Source: Octopus vulgaris (taxonomy: Eukaryota). From it: 64,000 nt of DNA. Every line of letters starts with the position of its first letter. Positions within the stretch are counted from its first letter, which is position 1. The notes below the pieces were generated by a model. It had not been told where the DNA came from, made no database searches, and was given only the letters and a program-made list of their open reading frames with translations. The stretch covers positions 21,948,001 to 22,012,000 of the forward strand of contig OX597834.1 in assembly GCA_951406725.2 (NCBI GenBank), given 5' to 3'. The translations under genes and the position numbers were made by a program. Shown here in pieces: positions 52,773-64,000 of this stretch.

Positions 52773-53082
52773 GGAGGCGCAATGGCCCAGTGGTTAGGGC
52801 AGCGGACTTGCGGTCGTAGGATCGCGGTTTCGATTCCCAGACCGGGCGTTGTGAGTGTTTATTGAGCGAAAACACCTAAAGCTCCACGAGGCTCCGGCAG
52901 GGGGTGGGTGGCAATCCCTGCTGTACTCTTTCGCCACAACTTTCTTTCACTCTTTCTTCTGTTGGCCTGCTCGCTTAGCCAGCGGGGTGGCGTCATTTTA
53001 AGGCTAAAACAATGTGAAGCGCATTGTGACCAGCGATGTGTAACAACATCTGATAGCCTGGTCGGTCACGTGATCACGTGAT
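52773..53082 (+). mobile_element. SINE family B, full length
   Basis: Near-identical to 529-838; intact B box GGTTTCGATTCC; a 3' fragment of the family also lies at 55805-55895. Confidence 0.9.
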
Positions 53083-53831
53083 ATATATATACATGTATGT
53101 ATGCATGTGTGTGTTTATTTATGTGTGAAGGCATGTATATATGTATACATATATGTATGTGTCAAGGCATTTGGCTAAATGGCTAGAGGCATTCGGCTCA
53201 TGATCGTAAGGTCGTGAGTTCAATTCTCAGTGATCTGTTGCGTCCTTGAGCAAGACACTTTATTTCATGTTGCTCCAGTCCACTCAGCTGGCAAAAATGA
53301 GTAGTACCTGTATTTCAAATGGGCCAGCCTTGACACATTCTGTGACATACTGAATCTCCCTGAGTAAAGCCAACACACATATTGTGAAATCCCTTCCCAA
53401 AAGTTGGTGTCTTTCAACTTTCTCAAAAGGTTCTTTTCTCAATCTTAACCCTTTGAGAAAAAAATCTTCTCTCCAAATATTATAAATGTATCAAGGAATT
53501 TCCAAAACACTCTAAATATATATACATATATATATATATATACACACACATATACACATATATATATACACACACACACACACAATGGACTTCTTTCAAT
53601 TTACATTTGCTGAATCCACTCACAAAATTTGGGGCCGGCCCAAGGCTATAGTAAAAGGCATTTGCCACACCGTAGGACTGAACCAAGAATGGTATGGCTG
53701 GAACGCAAACTTCTTACCACACAGCCACTTGTGCACCTATATATATACATATACATATATATTTCGTTTTTGGATTTGGTTTGCAAGATTCTTTATATGA
53801 GTTCGTGTGTTGACTCTCCCCAGACACAACA

Positions 53832-53904
<73 letters not shown>

Positions 53905-54504
53905 TAGATATAGATACACACAAATGCATAGCTCTATATCTACCCATTTACCCCTTTCTAACAAACAGGGCTCTGTTCCACATTCAAAACAGAATCCTCA
54001 AACACAAAAACACAATAACTGCTGCCCCGAACTAAAACCACAACACTGATGTTTCTCGTGTCATTTACACATCAGTGTTGATATTTACATATACCGTTGA
54101 CTGCGGCAACCGCTGGTTCATGTTTATCCATCCTTGTGCTAACATAAGGAAATATTTGAAACCTTTGTAACACACACACACACATATATACAAAGAGAGA
54201 AAGCCACCGAAACCTGATGGAACACATGAAAGGACTTGCTTCCAATATATCTGGCTGTTTATTCTTGCATTCTACAAAGGAATGGTAAAGGTTATGCAAA
54301 GTCTACCAGGGGCAAACTTGGGCTTGTATTCTTTCATGAAAGTATTTCTTTTATCTATGTATAAATATGTATGCATATATACAAATATATATACATATAT
54401 ATATATGTGTGTATATATATATATATATATGATTATGTGTGGATGTGCAGAGTATATACATAAAATGTGTGTGTGTTTATATATGATATATATGTATATA
54501 TATA

Positions 54505-54790
54505 TATACACGCATGCACACACACACAACATATATCAATATGTGTGTGTGTATATACATATAGATATATATACACTCAGTTGATACTATACATCTGTAT
54601 AGCATATACAGTTATGTATCAAATATATAGCATACAACTTAAGTATATGTATATATATATATGTATATATACATGCACACACATATATCAATATATGTGT
54701 GTGTGTGTGTGTCTATGTATACATATAGATATATATACACTCAGTCGATACTATACATCTGTTATGTATCAAATATATAGCATACAACTA
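54505..54790. repeat. ~160-bp tandem duplication
   Basis: ATACACTCAGT(T/C)GATACTATACATCTG...GTTATGTATCAAATATATAGCATACAACT occurs twice. Confidence 0.8.
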
Positions 54791-55309
54791 ACATCATCAT
54801 CATCATCATTTAACGTCCGCTTTCATATATGTATATATAAGCATATAATATATACATTTGTATATTTCATACATATATATAACATATAAGACATATAATA
54901 TATATATAGGTAGCATGTAGTATATATAATATATATACAGAGAGAGAGAGAGAGAGAGAGTGAAGTTGGTCAGCAGTATTGATTGTTGTTAACCTAATTT
55001 GACCCCTTTCATATCTACAAAGGTCTATGGACATCTTCTAAACTCACCAGAAGTACTCTGAGTCTATTGTAGTAGCATTGTAGTAGAAAAGCACAGACTT
55101 AGAAGTACTTAGCATAATCTGATTGGGCCAACATGGGCATCACATGACACACACTCGCATATGCATGCGTGCGTGTGTGTGCGCGCATACATATACATGC
55201 ACGCACACACACTTACATATCTATACACCTGTATGCACTTCTAACCTGAATCATACTGATTCGGGCCATCAATAGCTTATGAAGTATAATGGGTGTCAGT
55301 ATATATATA

Positions 55310-55675
55310 GGAGTGTCTGTGTGGTAAGTAGCTTGCTTACCAATCACGGGGTTCCGGGATCAGTCCCACTGCATGACACCTTGGTGAAGTGTCTTCTACT
55401 ATAACCTTGGGCCGACCAAAGCCTTATGAGTGGATTCGGTAGACGGAAATTGAAAGAAGCCTATCGTGTGTGTGTGTGTGTGTTTGTCCCCTCACCATTG
55501 CTTGACAACTGATGCTGGTGTGTTTACATCCCTGTAACTTAGCGGTTCGGTGAAAGAGACCATTAGAATGAGTACTAGGCTTACAAAGAATAAGTCCTGG
55601 GGTTGGTTTTTTTTTTTTGACTAAAGGTGGTGCTCCAGCATGGCCACAGTCAAATGACTGAAACAAGTAAAAGAA
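55310..55675 (+). mobile_element. SINE family A, full length
   Basis: Head GAGTGTCTGTGTGGTAAGTAGC through tail GAAACAAGTAAAAG. Confidence 0.85.
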
Positions 55676-55683
55676 ATATAAGA

Positions 55684-55808
<125 letters not shown>

Positions 55809-55888
55809 CCTGCTCGCTTAGCCAGTGGGGTGGCATCCGAACGCATTGTGACCAGCAATGTGCAGCAACATCTGATAGCCTGGTCGGT

Positions 55889-55935
<47 letters not shown>

Positions 55936-55938
<3 letters not shown>

Positions 55939-56670
55939 GGTCGTCCAAATTACACAAAAATGAAAATAAAACTGATATCTCATTTTATCAGAAATATTTA
56001 CCAAAATTACATAAAAAAATCTTGAGATTTACTCAATAAAATCGCCATTGGCTTCAACCACAGCCTCCAGACAACTTCAGAATCTCCTGCAACTTTTCTG
56101 GATGGTCTCCTTGTTTAAGTCGGTGAATGCTACCATAATCCTTGCCTTCAGTTCATCTTTGGTATTACAAGAAGTTTTGTTGGTCTCCTGCTCAACTGTG
56201 CCCCACACAATAATCAAGTGTGAATTGTGTCACGGTGCTGTTTTTTCTCAAAGATGGTGCCCAACTGACCCTACTATACTGTGTAGTCAACAAAATCAAA
56301 GACAAACAATGCACATGTGCAAAACTAAAAATATAAAATGGCAACAATTTACCTTCCTGCTGACTATGGCTTCATAATCTTTGTTACAGCTATCCATGTC
56401 ACATCTTGCAGTCTTTACAGTGTTCACAAAGCATTGAGCAGCAGTTATACTGCCCACATTTGGATACCCAGGGGAAATCATCATGATACGGGTATCTTTC
56501 CAATATTCAGATGGATTCCAATCCTCCATGTCAGCTAACTTTTTCTCAGCTACAACTTAAATCTTTATGCTCTCCAACGCTATTGACTGCTCACCAATAC
56601 ATCAAGTTGTTCCTGGTTTGGGGATGTCTTCCTCCCTTTTTCCTCCCTGTCACCAGTCTTGGAGACCCTG
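55936..56670 (-). mobile_element. Internally deleted Tc1/maT-like DNA transposon with both ends and a TA TSD
   Basis: TA-CAGGGTCGTCCAA ... TTGGAGACCCTG-TA; minus strand gives an N-terminal-like MEDWNPSEYWK...DYEAIVSRK (56529-56350) and C-terminal VWGTVEQETNKTSCNTKDELKARIMVAF...LEAVVEANGDFIE*. Confidence 0.75.
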
Positions 56671-56899
56671 TAAAATGTCATGGGATCTGCCTTCCTTCTT
56701 GACTAAAGCATTAAACAAGAAAAAAAAATGACAGTTGCAATTGAACCTGTCTACGATACAATGAGAGACATTCCTACAATGACCATCCCATCTAGCTTCT
56801 CACACATTATTCAGCTACATTATCCAGCACTCCCTTAACCTTTCCAAATTGGTCGGGTACAGCTGGCATCCAGACACCATACTTCCTCACATCTGCTTC

Positions 56900-57320
56900 A
56901 AGACAACAAAGGTTTTTCACAAACCACAACATGGTGCTTCTTCCACACTCTCCACACTTGCCTGACCAATTCCTCAGTGGATCGGCTGTGTTTCCTAAAA
57001 GGAAGTCGATGCCAAAAGGGGTTGAGGGGCCACTTGGAAATGGTGAAAGGAATTCAAACAGCGTCGCAGGTGGTACTGGATATTTTTCAGGAAGAGGACT
57101 CCTGCTGGGCTTTTTGAAGCATGGAAGTTGTACTGGGATTGGTGTATATGTCCCCTAGAGGGATTATGTTAAAGGGGATGATGTCCCCAAAAGGAATTGT
57201 ATTGAAAGGGATACTGCCTGAGTATAAATAATAAATGAAATGTATTATTTTTCTGTTGTAATGTTTATACACTTATTTGTTAATCCTGGTCTGGAATTTT
57301 TTTGGTATCGTCACACCAAT
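56900..57320 (+). pseudogene. Decayed mariner transposase C-terminal fragment
   Basis: LPHSPHLPD...FPKRK (degenerate HPPYSPDL...FPKMK), then with frameshifts IQTASQVVLD...EAWKLYWDWCICP*RDYVKGD. Confidence 0.65.
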
Positions 57321-57382
57321 TATATATGTACACACATACACATATGAGTATAAATAAAGTAGTGTGTGTGTGTTCTCTTTCA

Positions 57383-57444
<62 letters not shown>

Positions 57445-58026
57445 ATGTATATGCATGCATATAAACAAACACACACACACACACACATACAGTTTTTGTT
57501 CATCTTGCGCTACCAACACAAAGAAGGTGCTCAATATATGCTTGTGTCTGAAATAGGCAGAATCAGTTGCATATGTTTATTCACATGTAAAGTAAACTGT
57601 ATTACATATCTGAACCAAGGTTTCAGTCATTCAACCTTTTGAACCCATAACTTAACACTCTGGTGAAAGAGACTGAGATAATAAGTAACTGGACTTTTAA
57701 GAAGAAAATAAGTACTTGGAGCTATTTGATCAACTTCAGTCCTTTTAGGCAGTGCCCCAGCATGGTCACAGCCCAATGACCAACACAAGTCAAAAAATAT
57801 CTGCACCACAATTATCCTTTTAATGTTGACTTTTCCATGTTTGCTTGGGTCAGACAGTGTTTACTGAGGCAGATATTCTATGACCAGAGTCCTTCCTGCC
57901 ACCAACCCTTACCTACTTCCAAACCAGGCAATATTTCCCTATGGCCAGTCATGTTTTTGGAAAAATATTCGAAATGAATGACTTCTATTTATAACTACCA
58001 TGCAAAGACAAGACAAAGAATTAGAA

Positions 58027-58065
<39 letters not shown>

Positions 58066-58536
58066 CACACGTGCACACACACGCACGCACACACACCACA
58101 GTTTCTGTCTGCCAAATCCACTCACAAGACTTTGGTCAGCTTGGTGCTGCTGTAGGTGACACTTGTCCAGAGTGCCATGTGATGGGACTGAACCTGAAGC
58201 CATGCCATCGAGAAACATACTTTTTAACCACGCAGCCACTCCAGCACTTATATATGTGAAAAATAATCAGAACCAATTGAGAACACCAGAAGCAGTCTTA
58301 ATACCAAAAGACAATCCTTATCTGCCACTCCAGACACTGATGACATGTTAGAAAACTGAATACTGTTTCATTTACCTTGAGAGGCCCTGATTTCATGACA
58401 TAGACATGAGTGCTTTTATGTGTCTCAAGTTCATATGAGAGGCCCTCTCATGAGAAATGACGCAGTATTTGGTGTTCTAACACAGCATCCATCATGAAGG
58501 GGAAATAAATATGACCAATATACATTTATATATGTA

Positions 58537-58916
58537 CGAGCAAAACACGCCCCCCCCTCCGTCCAATGGTCGGTGCTGAGTTGTCAAACATTTAAACCAA
58601 ATTTTCTCAAGACAACTTGTCCGACCGTCCCATAGGCCTCCCCTATTGAAAAACACTGATTTAACCTAAATTTGAGACACCAGCAAAAGATAGCCTTTTT
58701 TTCTATTCCAAGAAAAACGATTTTACAAATGCACGTTCCCACGGCTTTATCGATCGCATTCTCACCTGGAATCGATTTTTGTAATTTTTTCAAGACTTAT
58801 ACATGCTCTGATACCGTCAGTGTCTACATATCAAATTTGAGCACAATTAAATGGAGGATGCCTGAGATTCTAGAAGACAAACACACAGACAGACAGAACA
58901 GATTTTATATAATAGA
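58537..58916 (-). mobile_element. Non-autonomous Helitron
   Basis: Minus strand A|TCTATTATATAAAATCTGTTCTGTCTGTC ... GC-rich subterminal block ... CTCG|T. Confidence 0.65.
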
Positions 58917-58939
58917 TATATACCCCCAACACACATATA

Positions 58940-59345
58940 CTCTTTACTCTTTTACTTGTTTCAGTCATGTGACTGTGGCCATGCTGGAGCACCACCTTTA
59001 GTCGAGGAAATCGACCCCAGGACTTATTCTTTGTAAGCCTAGTGCTTATTCTATCGGTCTCTTTTGATGAACCGCTAAGTTACAGGGACGTAAACACACC
59101 AGCATCGGTTGTCAAACGATGTTGGGGGGACAAACACATGCACGAACATATACACACACATACATACATATACATATATACGACGGGCTTCTTTCAGTTA
59201 CTGTCTACCAAATCCACTCACAAGGCTTTGGTCGGCCCAAGGCTATAGTAGAAGACACTTGCCCAAGGTGCCAAGCAGTGGGACTGAACCCGGAATGGTG
59301 TGGTTGGTAAGCAAGCTACTTACCACACAGCCACTCCTACGCCTA
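58940..59345 (-). mobile_element. SINE family A, full length
   Basis: CTCTTTTACTTGTTTCAGTC through CCACTCCTACGCC. Confidence 0.9.
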
Positions 59346-59580
59346 TATATATATAATGAATGATATCCTATGCATTCACACATTTCTCTGAGTGTGTTTC
59401 TTTGTGTGTGTGTTTGTGTGTATGTATAATATCCATTTAGTTACTTTGCTAAGAAGCTCAACTTTCATTGCTTATTTTTTCTGTGAACACCCTCTGAAGA
59501 CAGATCACTTGTATAAACTTTTGGAGAATACATTAATGGCACTATACACACACATTACATATATATATTATTATTATTAC

Positions 59581-59617
<37 letters not shown>

Positions 59618-59814
59618 GGTATTAATGGTACTATATACGTTAATCCTATTACAAGGTTTTCTCTGTTGTTGTTTCAAACTTTTATACCAAAGATTAGCTA
59701 ACATCTTGTCATAGCTCTGTTAAATACTTTTCATTATAATGCTTGCATATAGCTATGCATGCACACACACACACACATATATATACATATATATATATAT
59801 ATGCATATTTATAT

Positions 59815-59855
<41 letters not shown>

Positions 59856-60027
59856 CGTGTGTGTGTGTGTGTATGTATGTATATATGTACACACATACAC
59901 ACTTGCACTAAAATATATTCTTCTAGTCCTTTCATATTGCATGCGTAAGGAAAATAAAAACACAGCTAGAGTGCTGCCCTCTATGTCATCAGATATGACT
60001 AACTACCATACGTGCACACATAGACAT

Positions 60028-60059
<32 letters not shown>

Positions 60060-60799
60060 TATCGTTATTATTGTATTTTCGCTGTGGTTTCAAAACACAT
60101 TCCCGGTCTTTGAGTAGTGAATGTTTTTCCTTTTTTTTTTTCATATATATATTCCTATTTTATAATATTTTCCATCTCTCGTTCCATTCATGAAAACCAT
60201 CTTTCCTGTAATGTAACAGATAAATGCAGGTAGTAGACCAGGCAATATTCATCCATCAACACAAAAAAAAACAAAATAAAACCCAGTGCTATTATATTAT
60301 AACCGTTGTTGTTGTTGTTGCTGTTGATGAGGTGGCTGTTGTTGTTTAACCAAAGGTCAGCTTTGATAGAGCAGGCATATGATCAAAAGAATTCTATTAA
60401 CCAATGATGTTTAGGTTTTTCTTGGGGTTTTTTTGGGGTTGTTTTTTATTTATTTCTCTATTCAAAACCATCCTGGGTCCTGTTGATTGTGTATGTCTAT
60501 GTAACCATAAGTGTTTCGTCTGGTTCTCGTTTTGTACCAGCTCCTGTTTTGCTTAGTCTCCATGCCGTGAAGGGATGTAACTCAATACCTAAATACAATA
60601 AGGTCAACACGTTGGTTTTTACTCTGATATACAAAGTCCCTTTAAACTTTCGATTATGAAATTTTTTTTCATGAAATTTTTATGAAATTTTTTTTTCTCA
60701 TTTCATTTTTTTTTGGGGGGATATTACAATTTTGCATCTATATATTCGGTCAATGCTATCATTATTGTTATTTAGAGAATATACATACATATACAGGCC

Positions 60800-61008
60800 G
60801 ATGCCAGTCCCCTCTGGCCCCTGTACTAGTGACATGTAAAAAGCACCCACTACACTCTTGGAGTGGTTGGCGTTAGGAAGGGCATCCAGCTGTAGAAACA
60901 CTGCCAGATCAGACTGGAATCCAGTGCAGCCTCCTGGCTTTGCAGACCCCAGTCAAACCGTCCAACCCATGCCAGCATGGAAAATGGACGTTAAACAATG
61001 ATGATGAT
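60800..61008 (+). mobile_element. RTE-like retroposon 3' end with (GAT)n tail
   Basis: GGTTGGCGTTAGGAAGGGCATCCAGCTGTAGAAAC...CCCATGCCAGCATGGAAAATGGACGTTAAAC. Confidence 0.7.
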
Positions 61009-61053
61009 ATGCATACATACATACATATATAAATAAATATATGTCTGTACATG

Positions 61054-61104
<51 letters not shown>

Positions 61105-61262
61105 GGTAATATATGGCTGTAAAGTCAAGGAGTTTGCTTCCCTACCATGTGATCTTGGGTTCAGCTCCTTGAGCAAGTGGCTTCTACTAAAGCCCCAGAC
61201 TGACAAAAGCCTTCTAAATGGATTTGGTAGATTGGAAATGGAAGAAGCCCATTGTGTGTGCA

Positions 61263-61293
<31 letters not shown>

Positions 61294-62863
61294 GTACATG
61301 CACACACACATATATATATGTATGTCATCATATTTCATTTTATAATGGCTACATCTGAAGAATGCAGGGTTACACAATCGGACTGTTACCTGATACTCTA
61401 TTGAACCACTATTGCAAAACCAATTGGTAAGATCGGCCATAATGGATACATGATACTGTACACTTTGATTAATATGGCCACCAGTGTGGAATTACCAGTT
61501 GAGCAATGAGATCAATGTAAATGACTTACCCCCACCACAAAGTTGCTGGCATTGTGCCAAAATTTGAAACCAATATTTTAATAAATAAGTATATAAATAT
61601 TAAAAAATTTATTGTTTTACGAAACCAGTCTACATTCACATACACACATATATATTTAGATATATACACATATATTTATCTATACATTTAAGTGTATAAA
61701 TATATATGTGTGTGTGTGTGTACAAACACACACACAAAATGGGCTTTCTACAGTTTCCTGCTTCAGTTTTATTTGTGAAAAATTGGCACAGGGCTACAGT
61801 ATGTAGCACTTGCCCAAGGAGCCATATGCTAGAACAGAACCCCAAACCATGAGATTACCAGCAAGCTTCTTATTGCTATTATATTATAATTGACTAATTA
61901 GAGAAAAGCAAATCCTTTGAGTTAACAAGTAGAAGAATAGAAAGAAATAGGAAGTTTATGGCTCGAATTATTTTGCCCTTTCAAGTAACACGAAATGCAA
62001 GGTTAAAAGGTTGGGTCACGTTGTGCCATTTTGTGATAGTTATGATTGGCGGCTGCTAAATGCAGGCAGTGTATGGAGCGAGGTGAAAGCGCATTCTTAA
62101 ATGAGATAATTAAGAAGAAAAGAAGATTTTGAAGGAAGTATAGGAGTGCTGATGGTACCTGTGGCATTGACTGAACAAAAGTGGAATGGAAGTTGCCGAA
62201 TCATAAATATATGTTTATATTTAGTGGGAATTGTTCAAACTGAATGAAGTGAAAATTGCTCGAAATAAATTCTATGACCTCAACTGAAGTGAATGGTGAA
62301 TGTTTTTAAAGTTTTATAGATTCTAATATGTGTATGTGTATATATATATATGTGTGTGTGTGTGTGCGTGTAAAATGTGCGTTTATGTGTATGCATACTA
62401 GAAGCAAACACACATACAAGCATCTGTGTATGTATGTGCTCTTGTTGCATGGTACATGTGTGTGTGTGTTTGTGTGTGCATATGTACATGTTTAGAAATG
62501 CATATGAAATACATTTGCATATATATATATATATATACACACACGCACAGATACACATATATGTATGCATGTATGTATATATATATAATAAAATAATTAT
62601 TTGAGGGAATATTGTTCCTAACTTACAGGGAAAAATTCAATTTAGAAATACTAAATCAAGTTTCGCAAAATATAATATATATATAAAAATTAGAAAAAAA
62701 TATCTTTTATCAATTCAAAATGAACAATTAAATTACACCATCTAGAAAATTACTTAAATAGAAATATCAAAAATAAAATAACAATAAAATACCGATGATT
62801 AAGTACATTGCAAAATAATAATAAAACCTTATATATTTGGTATATATACATATGCATATATGC

Positions 62864-62907
<44 letters not shown>

Positions 62908-63329
62908 GGTGTCCATAAATTATCTTTACAACTCCCGCAATGTATTGCATCTATTAAAGATTTAATTTCTGTGCTTTGTCTTAACATTTAAATCCCTTTC
63001 ATTTGTCTTTAAAAGTTTTTTTTTTCATTTTCATTTGGGTTTTTTTCTTCACTTTTTCAAATTGTAACAATAATTTGCAGACAGTGTATAATTACATATA
63101 TTATATGCACACACACACACACACATGTACTCACAACAGCTTACATCATCCATATCTCATCATTTCGTCACATATGATTGTGATACTTCAGGAAGCAAAC
63201 TAATTTTTTTTTTTTTATTTGAAGGGTTTTTGTTTTGTCTTTTTCCTTATTATTTCCTGCAAATATTTTTCGCTAAGAGAACTTTGAAATTTCTTTTGGC
63301 TACTTCCTAATGTTGCTGTCAGTTGCTGT

Positions 63330-63600
63330 CATCATCATCATCATCATCATCATCATTGCCAACATCGTTGTCATCATCATCATCATTAAACCATTTTGTA
63401 CCTTATATTGCCCGGGAGCATACTGGTGGTGGGGCAAGTCCCTGGGTGCAACAAAGAAATTGTTTATCAGTATTATCAACACAGCTATCATCATCCTCAT
63501 CATCCTCATCCCCACTGCCATCATTATTGTCATCATCTTCAGCATCATCATCATCGTCATCATCATCATCGTCATCATCATCATCATCATCATCATCATG
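63330..63600. repeat. (CAT)n tracts with a short insert
   Basis: Direct reading; source of the poly-S, poly-M and poly-H ORFs. Confidence 0.9.
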
Positions 63601-63689
63601 TCAGCCCAGCCCTATTTGGTTTGATTTTCACCTTTTTAATGCCATCCTTTTCTATTGCTCTTGTGGCAAATAAATAATGTGAGGATTCA

Positions 63690-64000
63690 GGCTAATGGAA
63701 TTCTATAGAGCACTGGACAAAAATACATTGCTGTATTTAGTTATGACCCTTCACATTGTGTGTTCAAATCTCGCCAAGGTCAACTTTGCCTCTCATCTCT
63801 CTGAGAATTGACAACGATGTACCAGTCGAGTTCTGGAACCAATTTAATCAACCAATCCCTTTGCATAATAGCTCTGACCTTGCACTTATGTTAGAAATGT
63901 TATTGGTAGTGGAGTGTTTCAGTTCTTCGTATTCTGAGTTCAAATTCCACAGAGGTCGACTTTGCGTTTCATCCTTTTGGGGTTAATAAATTAAGTACCA
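63690..64000 (+). mobile_element. Two SINE family C pieces, the second cut by the window end
   Basis: GTTCAAAT...AGGTC(A/G)ACTTTGC twice. Confidence 0.7.

Overview
Eukaryotic, AT-rich, microsatellite-saturated non-coding DNA (intergenic or inside a very long intron). The SINE families and repeat texture resemble what I recall of coleoid cephalopod (Octopus) genomes; this is from memory, not a database search. I find no credible host protein-coding gene, rRNA, true tRNA or CRISPR array, and almost all ORFs in the track are translations of (TA)n, (CA)n, (AAT)n, (GGT)n or (CAT)n tracts or of SINEs. The window holds four tRNA-derived SINE families in dozens of copies, and decayed fragments of RTE-like, R4/Dong-like and L1/Tx1-like LINEs. 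It also holds Tc1/mariner remnants, three non-autonomous Helitrons, piggyBac-like and Merlin-like MITEs, and Penelope-like ends with degenerate hammerhead-like motifs. Several minisatellites appear to have grown out of retroposon sequence. The most notable unexplained structures are a ~190-nt imperfect fold-back centred on a CA/TG palindrome (39498-39690), a perfect 80-bp palindrome (33268-33435), a strand-asymmetric hairpin (14477-14534), a duplicated RFX X-box module (15866-15907 and 17741-17781) and a candidate recursive splice site (43675-43700). Boundaries of degraded repeats are approximate.
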